Shown here: piece after piece, positions 7,237 through 16,789 of the stretch
Position numbering within the stretch: the stretch's first letter is position 1
Layout: each line of letters begins with the position of its first letter
Virus record (IMG/VR): IMGVR_UViG_3300028326_000013
Coordinates: 1 to 37,455 of that record
Direction: 5' to 3' (one strand)
DNA length: 37,455 bases
Source: a virus
Lineage: Duplodnaviria > Caudoviricetes
The notes under the pieces: generated by a model
Told to the model about the DNA's origin: nothing
Database searches by the model: none
What the model saw: only the letters and a program-made list of their open reading frames with translations
Program-made: the position numbers and the translations under genes

Positions 7237-7326
7237 AAAAAGAAGCGCCCCGCCGACGTTGCAGCGCCGGACAGGGGCGAGAACCTAGACCACCAGCAGT
7301 ATAACACACCGTCGCCCAAGATGCAA
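7237..7326 (-). ncRNA. Candidate ~55-nt antisense sRNA unit (promoter plus terminator)
   Basis: Minus strand TTGCAT-N17-TATACT with TG extension (7326-7298), then GC hairpin (7279-7246) and CTTCTTTTT. Confidence 0.5.
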
Positions 7327-7358
7327 CCGGTCATGCGACCGGGGAAAAGGAGGATATC

Positions 7359-7676
7359 GTGAGGCGATTGGATCTAAGCATGCCGACAGGCCCACGTAAT
7401 ACAGCACTTTTGGAGTTCTTCCGCGTGAACTCCGTCCGCGACCCTGGAACGAATACCAACAGGTACGTCCTTCCTACCAAAGCGTTCGAAGAGTACGCGG
7501 GCATTAAAATCGCTGATCATCCGCTGTTCTTCCGCCCGGAGATATTTGCCCCGGGCAGCGATTGGAACGTCTCCGGTGATTTCCATTATCTCACGATCGA
7601 TGGACTGTTCAAGGCGGTCACGGTGTTGGCCGTCGCCGACCTGACCCATAGGAGGTGTTTCCGTGGTCAAAATTAA
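7359..7676 (+). CDS. Hypothetical protein
   Basis: SD AGGAGG, GTG start, overlaps next gene. Confidence 0.7.
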   Translation: MRRLDLSMPTGPRNTALLEFFRVNSVRDPGTNTNRYVLPTKAFEEYAGIKIADHPLFFRPEIFAPGSDWNVSGDFHYLTIDGLFKAVTVLAVADLTHRRCFRGQN

Positions 7677-8937
7677 CCGGCTTGAAATCGAGAATGTCAA
7701 GCGGATCCGCGCCGTCACCGTGGAGCCGGCCGTCAGCGGCCTGACCGTCATCGGCGGCCGGAACGAGCAAGGCAAGACCAGCGTGCTGGACGCCATTGCT
7801 TGGGCGCTGGGCGGCGACCGATTCAAGCCATCGCAGCCCGCCCGGGATAGCTCCGTGATCCCGCCCACACTGTCAATCCGGCTATCCAACGGCCTTATCG
7901 TCGAGCGCAAGGGCAAAAACTCAGCGCTCACCGTCACTGACCCCGCCGGCAAGAAGTCCGGCCAGCAGCTCCTGAACGAGTTCGTGGAGCAGCTGGCGCT
8001 GGACCTCCCCCGCTTTATGGCCGCGCCCAGCGGCGAGAAAGCCAAGGCGCTGCTCCGGATCATCGGCGTGGAAGGCCAGGTCGCCGAACTGGACCGCAAG
8101 GAGCAGGAGACCTACAACCGTCGACACGCCATCGGCCAGATCGCCGATCAGAAGCGCAAGTACGCCCGAGAGCAGCCCTACTTCCCAGACGCGCCCAAGG
8201 AGCCGGTCAGCGCCTCGGAGTTGATCCGCCAGCAGCAGGAGATCCTCACCCGGAACGGCGAGAACCAGCATAAACGGGAAAACCTCGGACGGCTCACCCG
8301 CGAGGCCGCGGATATTCAGCGCCGGATCGACGAGCTGCTCGCGCAGCAGAGGATCATCCAGGCTGATCTGGAGATCGCCCGGAAGTCCGCGCTGGATCTC
8401 CACGATGAGTCCACCGAGGAGCTCGAGCGCAACCTTGCGCAGATCGACGAGATCAACCGCAAGGTGCGCGCCAACCTGGACCGCGACAAGGCCGAGGAGG
8501 ACGCGCTGGCCTACGAGAACCAGTACAACGCGCTGACCGCCGAACTGGACAAGGTCCGGCAGGCCAAAACCGACCTGCTCCAGGGTGCCACGCTGCCGCT
8601 GCCGGGGCTATCTGTCCAGGACGGTGAGCTGACCTACAACGGCTTCAAGTGGGACAACCTTTCTGGCTCCGCACAGCTCAAGGTGGCCACTGCCATCGTA
8701 CGCCGTCTCAACCCCCAGTGCGGCTTCGTGCTGCTGGACAAACTCGAACAAATGGACCTGGACACGTTGCGTGAATTCGGCACCTGGCTGGAGCAGGAGG
8801 GCCTACAGGCGATCGCCACGCGGGTCTCCACCGGCCCGGAGTGCCAGATCATCATTGAAGACGGGTATGTGGCCGGGCAGCAGCATCCTGCGGAGGTTCC
8901 AGCCCCGCAAATCCCATGGAAGGCAGGTAATTTCTGA
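7663..8937 (+). CDS. SMC/SbcC-like AAA ATPase (phage recombination module)
   Basis: Walker A GRNEQGKTS, coiled coil, LSGSA signature, VLLDKLE Walker B. Confidence 0.9.
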   Translation: MVKINRLEIENVKRIRAVTVEPAVSGLTVIGGRNEQGKTSVLDAIAWALGGDRFKPSQPARDSSVIPPTLSIRLSNGLIVERKGKNSALTVTDPAGKKSGQQLLNEFVEQLALDLPRFMAAPSGEKAKALLRIIGVEGQVAELDRKEQETYNRRHAIGQIADQKRKYAREQPYFPDAPKEPVSASELIRQQQEILTRNGENQHKRENLGRLTREAADIQRRIDELLAQQRIIQADLEIARKSALDLHDESTEELERNLAQIDEINRKVRANLDRDKAEEDALAYENQYNALTAELDKVRQAKTDLLQGATLPLPGLSVQDGELTYNGFKWDNLSGSAQLKVATAIVRRLNPQCGFVLLDKLEQMDLDTLREFGTWLEQEGLQAIATRVSTGPECQIIIEDGYVAGQQHPAEVPAPQIPWKAGNF

Positions 8938-9977
8938 TGCAAATCACATCCGGACGAATCCCCAGCGCGCTGAAGGTTGTCGTGTATGGCCCGGAGGGCA
9001 TCGGCAAATCGACCTTCGCGTCAATGTTCCCTGATCCGATCTTCTGCGACACGGAGGGGTCCACCAAGCACATGGACGTCCGCCGGACGCCCAAGCCCAC
9101 CAGCTGGGCCGCGATCCTCGAGCAGGTCAAGTATTTCATCCAGCACCCGGACCTGCTCAAGTCCTTCGTGTTGGACACCGCCGACTGGGCGGAGATCCTC
9201 TGCACCGACGCGCTGTGCGCTAAGTCGCAAAAGGCCGGAATCGAAGACTTCGGCTACGGCAAAGGCTACGTGTACCTGGGTGAGGAGTTCGGGCGGCTGT
9301 TGAATTTGCTTGAGGAGCTGATCGGCAAGAGCGTCAACGTCGTGGTCACCGCCCACGCCAAGATGCGTAAGTTCGAACAGCCCGACGAGATGGGCGCCTA
9401 CGACCGCTGGGAGATGAAATTGTCCAAGACCTGCGCGCCGCTGCTCAAGGAATGGGCCGACATGGTGCTGTTCGCATCCTACAAGACCCTCGTGGTCAAC
9501 GTGGATGGCCAGGGTACGGCGAAGGGCAAGAACAAGGCCCAGGGCGGCCAACGGATCCTTCGCACCAGCCACCATCCCTGCTGGGATGCTAAGAACCGCT
9601 TCGGGCTGCCGGAGGAACTACCCTTTGAGTTCGGCAGCATAGCGCACCTGTTCAGTTCGACGCCTGCCCAAGCCCCGCGGCAGCCCGCAGCGCCGCCGAG
9701 GCAGGAACCCAAGCAAGAGCCTGCACCCGAACAGCCGACTACGCCCGATGCTCTAGCAGCGCCTGACGGCGGGATCCCCAAGGCGCTGCGCGACCTGATG
9801 GACGCGAACAAAGTCAAGGATGTAGAGATCATGTACGCAGTCGGCCAAAAAGGCTACTTCCCGGGCGACATGAAGATCTCCGACTACCCGGAGGACTTCG
9901 TGATGGGCTGCCTGGTGGGTGGCTGGCCGCAGGTGTTCGATATGGTGCTCAAGAACCGTGACGAAATGCCATTCTAG
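8937..9977 (+). CDS. Sak4-like AAA_24 ATPase (single-strand annealing)
   Basis: VYGPEGIGKSTFA, DTEGST, VLDTADW, GYGKGY, AKNRFGLP. Confidence 0.9.
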   Translation: MQITSGRIPSALKVVVYGPEGIGKSTFASMFPDPIFCDTEGSTKHMDVRRTPKPTSWAAILEQVKYFIQHPDLLKSFVLDTADWAEILCTDALCAKSQKAGIEDFGYGKGYVYLGEEFGRLLNLLEELIGKSVNVVVTAHAKMRKFEQPDEMGAYDRWEMKLSKTCAPLLKEWADMVLFASYKTLVVNVDGQGTAKGKNKAQGGQRILRTSHHPCWDAKNRFGLPEELPFEFGSIAHLFSSTPAQAPRQPAAPPRQEPKQEPAPEQPTTPDALAAPDGGIPKALRDLMDANKVKDVEIMYAVGQKGYFPGDMKISDYPEDFVMGCLVGGWPQVFDMVLKNRDEMPF

Positions 9978-9989
9978 GAGGAGACACAT

Positions 9990-10481
9990 ATGAACGAAAA
10001 TGGACGGGAACTCAACTGGAACGACGTCATCGAGAAGGACTCCACGTACACACTGCTCGAGGAGGGCGACTACGATTTCGTGGTCAAGAGCTTCGAGCGC
10101 GGTCGGCACACCCCCAGTGTCAATGGCAAGCTGCCCCCTTGCAACAAGGCCATTCTGACCATCGAGGTGTCCAATGATCAGCAGGTGACGCAGATCACGC
10201 ACAACCTGTTCCTGCACACCTCAACGGAGGGCATCCTGTGCGCCTTCTTCACGTCGATCGGCGCCCGCAAGCACGGCGAGAAGCTGGTGATGGATTGGAA
10301 CAAGGTCACCGGCGCGCACGGGCGCTGCCACGTGATCATCGACACGTTCACCAAAAAGGACGGCACGGAAGGCAAGTCCAACAAAATCAACCGCTTCCTG
10401 GAGCCCGACGAACAGACCAGCTTCGCGCCGGCTGTGTCAATCACGCCTGCGGCAGGCGGGTGGCAGGCTGGGAGGTTCTAA
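9990..10481 (+). CDS. DUF669-like single-stranded DNA-binding protein
   Basis: LLEEGDYDFVV...NKINRF; follows Sak4-like gene; aromatic C-terminus. Confidence 0.8.
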   Translation: MNENGRELNWNDVIEKDSTYTLLEEGDYDFVVKSFERGRHTPSVNGKLPPCNKAILTIEVSNDQQVTQITHNLFLHTSTEGILCAFFTSIGARKHGEKLVMDWNKVTGAHGRCHVIIDTFTKKDGTEGKSNKINRFLEPDEQTSFAPAVSITPAAGGWQAGRF

Positions 10482-10484
10482 GCC

Positions 10485-12095
10485 ATGATGGATCTCAGGC
10501 CGTACCAGGAAGAGGCCCGGCAGGCCATCGAGGCCCAGTGGCAGGACGGCGTCAAGCGCACGCTGCTGGTGCTCCCGACGGGCACGGGCAAGACGATCGT
10601 GTTCGCAAAGATCATTGAAAACCGGGTGCGGAGCGGTGAGCGGGTCCTTGTACTCGCTCACCGCGGGGAGCTCCTCGACCAAGCCGCGGACAAGCTGGCC
10701 AAAGCCACCGGCCTGGGCTGCGCCACGGAGAAGGCCGAGGAGAGCTGCATCGGCAGCTGGTTTCGTGTGGTGGTGGGCTCTGTGCAGTCGCTCATGCGTC
10801 CGAAGCGCCTCGAACAATTCGACCCGGATTATTTCGACACCATCGTCGTCGACGAGGCCCATCACGTGCTGGCCGACAGCTACCAGCGGGTACTACAGGC
10901 GTTTGGCGATGCTAAGGTGCTCGGCGTCACGGCAACTCCGGACCGCTCCGACATGCGCAACCTGGGCGTATACTTCGAGAGCTTGGCCTACGAATACACG
11001 CTACCCCGGGCGATCAAGGACGGGTACCTGTCGCCTATCAAAGCCCTGACCATCCCGCTTCGGCTGGATTTGACCGGCGTCGGCGTACAATCCGGCGACT
11101 TCAAGGCCGCCGACCTGGGCACCGCGTTGGACCCGTACCTGTATCAGATCGCCGACGAGATGGTCAAGAACTGCCGAGGGCGGAAGACCGTTGTTTTCCT
11201 CCCTCTTATAACGACCAGCCAGAAGATGCGGGATATTCTCGCCTCAAAAGGCTTCCGCGCCGCGGAGGTCAACGGCGACAGCGACGACCGGGCGGAGATT
11301 CTCGCAGACTTTGACGCCGGGAAATACGATGTGCTGTGCAACTCCATGCTGCTCACCGAGGGCTGGGACTGCCCCAGCGTCGACTGCATCGTGGTGCTCC
11401 GTCCCACGAAGATTCGCAGCCTGTACTGCCAGATGGTCGGGCGCGGCACCCGCCTGTTTCCCGGCAAGGAAGATCTGCTGCTGCTGGACTTTCTCTGGCA
11501 CACCGAAAAGCACGAGCTGTGCCGCCCTGCGCACCTGATATGCGAGAGTCCGGAAGTGGCCGAGAAGATGACCGCTGACCTCGAGGCTGCGGGCTGCCCG
11601 GTGGACATCGAAGCGGCGGAACGCCAGGCTGCAGAGGACGTGGTAGCCAAGCGCGAAGAGGCGCTGGCGAAGAAGCTGGCCGAGATGCGCAGCCGCAAGC
11701 GGAAGCTGGTGGACCCGCTGCAATTCGAAATGTCGATTCAGGCGGAGGACCTCTCCGGCTATGTCCCGGCATTCGGTTGGGAGATGGGCCCGCCGAGCGA
11801 TAAGCAGCGCTCCACGCTGGAGAAGTTGGGCATATTCCCGGATGAGATCGAGAACGCCGGCAAAGCGAAGATGCTGCTCGACCGGCTGGACAAGCGCCGG
11901 AATGAAGGCCTCACGACGCCCAAGCAGATCCGCTTCCTGGAGAGCCGCGGTTTCCAGCACGTCGGCACCTGGCAGTTCGACGCCGCCCGCGGGCTGATTG
12001 ACCGGATCGCCGCCAACGGGTGGCAGATTCCGCATGGGGTCCGGCCGGGAGAGTACAAGCCGGAGGCACGCACATCGACGTTCTTGGAGATGTAG
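10485..12095 (+). CDS. SF2 DEAD/DEAH-box helicase
   Basis: LRPYQ, PTGTGKT, DEAH, TATP, QMVGRGTR. Confidence 0.95.
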   Translation: MMDLRPYQEEARQAIEAQWQDGVKRTLLVLPTGTGKTIVFAKIIENRVRSGERVLVLAHRGELLDQAADKLAKATGLGCATEKAEESCIGSWFRVVVGSVQSLMRPKRLEQFDPDYFDTIVVDEAHHVLADSYQRVLQAFGDAKVLGVTATPDRSDMRNLGVYFESLAYEYTLPRAIKDGYLSPIKALTIPLRLDLTGVGVQSGDFKAADLGTALDPYLYQIADEMVKNCRGRKTVVFLPLITTSQKMRDILASKGFRAAEVNGDSDDRAEILADFDAGKYDVLCNSMLLTEGWDCPSVDCIVVLRPTKIRSLYCQMVGRGTRLFPGKEDLLLLDFLWHTEKHELCRPAHLICESPEVAEKMTADLEAAGCPVDIEAAERQAAEDVVAKREEALAKKLAEMRSRKRKLVDPLQFEMSIQAEDLSGYVPAFGWEMGPPSDKQRSTLEKLGIFPDEIENAGKAKMLLDRLDKRRNEGLTTPKQIRFLESRGFQHVGTWQFDAARGLIDRIAANGWQIPHGVRPGEYKPEARTSTFLEM

Positions 12096-12111
12096 CGTGC
12101 GTCCCGTAAAA

Positions 12112-12477
12112 CTAAAAGAACAAAGCGATTATTGAGATTACAACCGCAGCGATGGAGAGAGCTCGTGTCCACCAAGATTCTTTTCGCCTGATCGATTTTT
12201 CGTAGAAATAGGTCATGCCTTTACCAGTCAGCGTCACAGATAATGGGGAGTTTAACATACCACGTAAATCAGCTTTGACAGATCCCCATTCCTGCAAAGT
12301 GATCAAGACCGCTCTATTGAAAATCGCATCAGGCTCAATTCCAAGGAATTTTGATATGAACTCCTCATCATCACGCCTACTTTGACCTGTACTTAGAAAG
12401 TGAGCATACAGCTCCTGAAGAATAGTCTCAAAATCCCGTTCACGTAATTGCTTGCGATTTCTCCAAATGGAAAACAT
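12112..12477 (-). CDS. AT-rich moron protein with putative winged helix and C-terminal transmembrane anchor
   Basis: Opposite strand; SD AAGGAG before ATG at 12477; VTLTGKGMTY motif; ends ALSIAAVVISIIALFF. Confidence 0.78.
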   Translation of the reverse strand: MFSIWRNRKQLRERDFETILQELYAHFLSTGQSRRDDEEFISKFLGIEPDAIFNRAVLITLQEWGSVKADLRGMLNSPLSVTLTGKGMTYFYEKSIRRKESWWTRALSIAAVVISIIALFF

Positions 12478-12497
12478 CGTCACCACTCCTTTTAGTT

Positions 12498-12526
12498 ATG
12501 GTAACACGAATTCTTTGCATACGCAA
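12498..12526 (-). promoter_or_regulatory. Promoter of the moron
   Basis: Minus strand TTGCGT-N17-TACCAT with TG extension. Confidence 0.6.
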
Positions 12527-12601
12527 TATCCGCATACAGGAGGGAATCTCAATGGCGATTCTTGGATGGCACGAACCGGAATGGCAGGAGGCAAAGAGCG
12601 A

Positions 12602-14827
12602 ATGACCACCTACGACATTTCAGAAGTCCTCCCCCACATCGACCCCGCCCGGCTGGACTATCAGGAGTGGGTATCCGTCGGCATGGCGCTCAAGGACGCC
12701 GGCGGCACCGTCGACCAGTGGGATTCCTGGAGCCGCCGCGACGCCGCCCGCTACCACCCGGGCGAGTGCGAGCGCAAATGGGCGGGCTTCCACGGTGCGT
12801 CCACGCCGGTCACCGCCGGCACCATCGTGCAGCTGGCGCGGGACCAGGGCTGGGAGCCGCCCCACGACGAGGGCCGCGAACTGGACTGGGACGCGGAAAT
12901 CGGCGGCGGCAAAGACGACCTGGTTGTGGTAAACCGCAACTGGATCGAATCCAAGGATGTTCCGGAGCCCGCGGATTGGAACCCCACGGCACAGCTGATC
13001 CGATATCTGGAGATCCTCTTCGAGGCGTCTGAGACAGTCGGCTACGTCACCCAGTCCTGGGAGAAGGACGGCCGCTACCTGCCCACCAGCGGCGCCTACG
13101 ACCGCACAGCCGGGCAGCTGATCGAGGCGCTGAACAAGTGCGGCGGCGACATCGGCGCCGTGATCGGCGATTACAATCCCAAGGCCGGCGCCTGGATCCG
13201 GTTCAATCCGCTGGACGGCAAGGGCGTCAAGAATGAGAACGTCACCGAGTACCGGTACGCGCTGGTGGAATCCGACGCGATGGACATTGAGCAGCAATAC
13301 GCCATCATTCATGAACTGGAACTGCCCGTCGCTGTGTTGGTCCACTCCGGAAAGAAGAGCCTTCACGCCATCGTGCGCATCGACGCGGCCAACTATGACG
13401 AGTACCGGAAGCGCGTCGACTACCTCTACACCGTCTGTCAGCGCAATGGCCTCAAGATCGATTCACAGAACCGCAACCCCTCCCGCCTTTCCCGCATGCC
13501 AGGCATCATCCGCGACGGCCGGAAGCAATTCATCGTCGCGGAGAATTTCGGGCGCGAATCCTATGAGCAGTGGCACGAGTGGATCGAAAGCGTCAACGAC
13601 GATCTGCCGGAGCCCGAGAGCATGAAGGACGCCTGGGACAACCTGCCAGCGCTGAGCCCTCCACTGATCACCGGCGTGCTGCGCCAAGGCCATAAGATGC
13701 TGCTGGCCGGGCCGTCCAAGGCGGGCAAGTCCTACTCGCTGATCGAGTTGTGCTGCGCGATCGCCGAAGGCCGGAGCTGGTTCGGCTGGCGCTGCGCCCA
13801 GGGCCGGGTGATGTACGTCAACCTGGAGCTGGACCGTGCCAGCTGCCTGCACCGCTTTCGGGACGTGTATCAGGCGCTGGGCTGGCAGCCCCAGAATCTC
13901 GCCAACATCGACATCTGGAACCTGCGCGGCAAGGCGATCCCCATGGACAAGCTCGCTCCGAAGCTGATCCGGCGGGCCGCGAAGCGCAACTACATCGCCA
14001 TCGTCATTGATCCCATCTACAAGGTCATCACCGGTGATGAGAACAGCGCCGACCAGATGGCCAACTTCTGCAACCAATTTGATAAGGTGTGCTGCGAATT
14101 GGGTTGCGCGGTGATCTACTGCCACCACCACTCGAAGGGGCAGCAAGGCCAGAAGCGCAGCATGGATCGGGCATCCGGCTCCGGCGTGTTCGCCCGGGAT
14201 CCCGACGCAATGCTGGACATGATCGAGCTGGAGCCCACCGAGGCGCTCAAGAAACAGGAGGGCGACAAGGCGGTGGTCGACGTCTGCAAGGAATGGCTGA
14301 ACCGGTGTGTGGCTAACTGGGAGGACAGCGTGTCACAGGATCACCTGTGCAGCCATACGGCCATGATGCTGACCTGCCAGAAGCTGCTGTCGCCCGCGAC
14401 GATCAAGGCCTTGGGCGATGCCGCAGAGACCGCCAGAGGGGCCGCGGCGGGCCGCACGGCGTGGCGTATCGAGGGCACGCTCCGCGAGTTCCCGCGGTTC
14501 GAGCCGGTTAACCTGTGGTTCGACTACCCGGTGCATCACGTCGACCTGGTAGGCAGCCTCAAGGATATCGACGCCGAGGGCGAAGCCCCGCCGTGGCAGA
14601 AGGCCGTTCTGAAGCGCAAGAAGGGCGTGGAGGCCGACCGGAAGGACAAGAACCTGGAGTTCGAGCAGGCTGTTGCAGGCGCGAATTTCGGGGAGCCGCC
14701 CACGAAAAAGCAGCTCGCAGAGTACCTTGGGATTTCCGAACGCACTGTTTTCGACCGGCTGAAAGCACATGGAGGGTACACCGTGAATAAAAGTCAAGGC
14801 AATATCATCGTGCGGAAGGAACCATAA
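12602..14827 (+). CDS. Primase-helicase (PriCT-2, primase-like domain, AAA_25 helicase, C-terminal HTH)
   Basis: YQEWVSVGMALK...WDSWS...ECERKW; HSGKKSLHA; GPSKAGKS, IVIDP, HHHSKG; LAEYLGISERTV; likely start MTTYD at 12602. Confidence 0.9.
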   Translation: MTTYDISEVLPHIDPARLDYQEWVSVGMALKDAGGTVDQWDSWSRRDAARYHPGECERKWAGFHGASTPVTAGTIVQLARDQGWEPPHDEGRELDWDAEIGGGKDDLVVVNRNWIESKDVPEPADWNPTAQLIRYLEILFEASETVGYVTQSWEKDGRYLPTSGAYDRTAGQLIEALNKCGGDIGAVIGDYNPKAGAWIRFNPLDGKGVKNENVTEYRYALVESDAMDIEQQYAIIHELELPVAVLVHSGKKSLHAIVRIDAANYDEYRKRVDYLYTVCQRNGLKIDSQNRNPSRLSRMPGIIRDGRKQFIVAENFGRESYEQWHEWIESVNDDLPEPESMKDAWDNLPALSPPLITGVLRQGHKMLLAGPSKAGKSYSLIELCCAIAEGRSWFGWRCAQGRVMYVNLELDRASCLHRFRDVYQALGWQPQNLANIDIWNLRGKAIPMDKLAPKLIRRAAKRNYIAIVIDPIYKVITGDENSADQMANFCNQFDKVCCELGCAVIYCHHHSKGQQGQKRSMDRASGSGVFARDPDAMLDMIELEPTEALKKQEGDKAVVDVCKEWLNRCVANWEDSVSQDHLCSHTAMMLTCQKLLSPATIKALGDAAETARGAAAGRTAWRIEGTLREFPRFEPVNLWFDYPVHHVDLVGSLKDIDAEGEAPPWQKAVLKRKKGVEADRKDKNLEFEQAVAGANFGEPPTKKQLAEYLGISERTVFDRLKAHGGYTVNKSQGNIIVRKEP

Positions 14828-14832
14828 AACAT

Positions 14833-14930
14833 GGTTGCCGCATCGTGATGAAGCAACCTGATTTCAAAGGTTGCCACATGTAGATGCAGCGACTATGAAT
14901 TTATGATTGCCGCATGGGGATGTGGCAACC
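14833..14930. repeat. Three 26-bp imperfect palindromes at 36-bp period, candidate origin iterons
   Basis: GGTTGCCGCATC-GT-GATGAAGCAACC (14833), GGTTGCCACATG-TA-GATGCAGCGACT (14869), GATTGCCGCATG-GG-GATGTGGCAACC (14905); 10-bp AT-rich linkers. Confidence 0.8.
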
Positions 14931-15068
14931 ACTACCCCTACGGGGTAAGTTTTCCGCCGTCGCTGCGCGCCGTCACGCCTGCACTGGTAGGGGACCACGT
15001 TAGGGGCCGTGGTCCCCCCTTAGCAGGCATGACGTGACAAAAGATTTTTTCTGAAGGAGGTCAGCACC

Positions 15069-15281
15069 GTGACTTTTTTGAAATGGCTTGACAGTCGGTA
15101 CGGAAGCGAGAGCAACCAGATGGGGCAACTCGTTGACGCGTTTAAAGCGAATCTCGTATACCCCACAAGGGCACGAAGCTATAAGACGATCCGCAAACAC
15201 GTCCATGATGCCAATCTGTCCAGAGCGCTTGATGTGGCATATGGAAAATACCGTGAAAGTGAGGCGAGGCGCACATGGTAA
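15069..15281 (+). CDS. YozE/SAM-like small protein
   Basis: MTFLKWL...YPTRARSYKTIRKHV...AYGKY resembles the YozE pattern; SD AAGGAGG. Confidence 0.65.
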   Translation: MTFLKWLDSRYGSESNQMGQLVDAFKANLVYPTRARSYKTIRKHVHDANLSRALDVAYGKYRESEARRTW

Positions 15282-15685
15282 CCGAGTTCTTCCTGGACAT
15301 CCAGCCCCCAACCTGCACGCACCAGGAGAAGAAGATTGGCGTCCGGAATGGCAAGCCCTACACCTACGAGCCCCAGGAGCTCAAAGACGCTCGGGCCAAG
15401 CTCGCCGCCCACCTGGGCAGCCGAGTGCCCATCGAGCCCTACACCGCTGGCGTTCGGCTCGTGGTCAAGTGGTGCTTCCCGAAGCCCGCCAACCGGCAGG
15501 ACGGCGAGTACCGGACGACCAAGCCGGACACCGACAATCTTCAGAAGTTGCTCAAGGACGTGATGACCAGCGTGGGCTTCTGGACCGACGACGCGCTCGT
15601 GGCCAGTGAGATCATCGAGAAGTTCTGGGCGAACCGGCCTGGCATCTACATCCGGATCGTTCCGTTACCGGAGGTGGGAATGTGA
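15275..15685 (+). CDS. rusA: RusA-family Holliday junction resolvase
   Basis: KPDTDNLQKLLKDVM...FWTDDALV. Confidence 0.92.
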   Translation: MVTEFFLDIQPPTCTHQEKKIGVRNGKPYTYEPQELKDARAKLAAHLGSRVPIEPYTAGVRLVVKWCFPKPANRQDGEYRTTKPDTDNLQKLLKDVMTSVGFWTDDALVASEIIEKFWANRPGIYIRIVPLPEVGM

Positions 15686-15981
15686 TCGATTTGATTGACC
15701 GGGCGGCGCTCGTGGAAGTGCTGGAGAAAAGAGCGGTGGAGTTGGCGGATGAAGGGCTTCACATTATGGCGGGCAGCGTGTCCGGATGTGTTATTTTTGC
15801 ACTTCAAGCTCCGGTCGTTGAAGCCGCGCCGGTGGTTCATGCGCGGTGGGATAATCTCCGAGACATCAGCGGCCTATATCAGTGCAGCGAATGCGGGATC
15901 ATCGACCACCGTAAGCCGAGACACAAATTTTGCCCGAACTGCGGCGCGCGCATGGACGCGGGGCCGGAGGTAGGCACATGA
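15682..15981 (+). CDS. Phage zinc-finger protein
   Basis: LIDRAAL...APVVHARW...CSECG...FCPNCGARMD. Confidence 0.85.
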   Translation: MIDLIDRAALVEVLEKRAVELADEGLHIMAGSVSGCVIFALQAPVVEAAPVVHARWDNLRDISGLYQCSECGIIDHRKPRHKFCPNCGARMDAGPEVGT

Positions 15982-16199
15982 CCGAGTGCGTCGACCGCTG
16001 GAACCCAGGCACCTGCTCCCTCGCTGCCATGCAGGCGTACAAGCTCCTGGAGCTCGAAGGTCAGATCGTTATCGACCAGGTCGAGGTCGGCCGGAAGACC
16101 GAGCGGGTGATCGTTCACTACCAGGCGACAGGAACACACGAGGACGCGCTGGGGCGGCTCCGGGCTGCTAAGGCGCAGTTGGAAGGAGCTGTGAGTTGA
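15978..16199 (+). CDS. Hypothetical protein
   Basis: SD GGAGGT, ATGA overlap, starts MTECVDRW. Confidence 0.7.
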   Translation: MTECVDRWNPGTCSLAAMQAYKLLELEGQIVIDQVEVGRKTERVIVHYQATGTHEDALGRLRAAKAQLEGAVS

Positions 16200-16789
16200 T
16201 GGATAGGTACACCATAAAACAAAATCCGAAAGGTTGGCCAGAAAACTGGCCAGATATGTTCGAACCTGTGGCTTGCCAGAAAAACGTCCCCGAATGGTGC
16301 GAAAACTGGAAGGATCAGCACGAATGCAAGTGCGATGCCATCGCGGAATGCATCAACCAGCTTGGGCGCTACGAAAACACTGGCCTAACTCCGGACGAGA
16401 TCGCCGCGCTCTGTGACAAGTACGACGAGCTGCTTGCGGTCTATAACGACCAGGTGGCCGCGCATGGAAGGCTGAGCGAGGTCAACGCCGCGCTTCGCGC
16501 CGAGGTCGAGCCGTTGCGAAAGGCGTATGCATCGCCGGAAAAACCATTGATGCTTGCGGAAATTGAACGGATGGAGGGGGAGCCAGTTTTTGTCCAGCAA
16601 GGTGATGGACAAGAGTTTTGGGCTATTGTCCAGGGAGGCATGCCCGATACGGGAGAGACGGACCCGGACTTTGTCAACATGGAGTACGACGATCCTGTAG
16701 GGCATTTCGGGCTGCATGTGCTAGGTTGGCGGGCGTTCAAGCATCGTCCGGAAGTCGCTTGCGCCGCGCTGAGGAAGGAGGCCGACTGA
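16199..16789 (+). CDS. Hypothetical phage protein
   Basis: Coupled ORF containing LGRYENTGLTPDEI, a motif common in Firmicutes phage proteins. Confidence 0.75.
   Translation: MDRYTIKQNPKGWPENWPDMFEPVACQKNVPEWCENWKDQHECKCDAIAECINQLGRYENTGLTPDEIAALCDKYDELLAVYNDQVAAHGRLSEVNAALRAEVEPLRKAYASPEKPLMLAEIERMEGEPVFVQQGDGQEFWAIVQGGMPDTGETDPDFVNMEYDDPVGHFGLHVLGWRAFKHRPEVACAALRKEAD

Noticed and set aside
12452-12601. N-terminal extension of the primase-helicase ORF
   Set aside because: Overlaps the moron and its promoter; domain content begins at 12602
14833-14930. Regular repeats as a mini CRISPR array
   Set aside because: Linkers are only 10 bp, repeats are degenerate and there are no cas genes; iterons fit better
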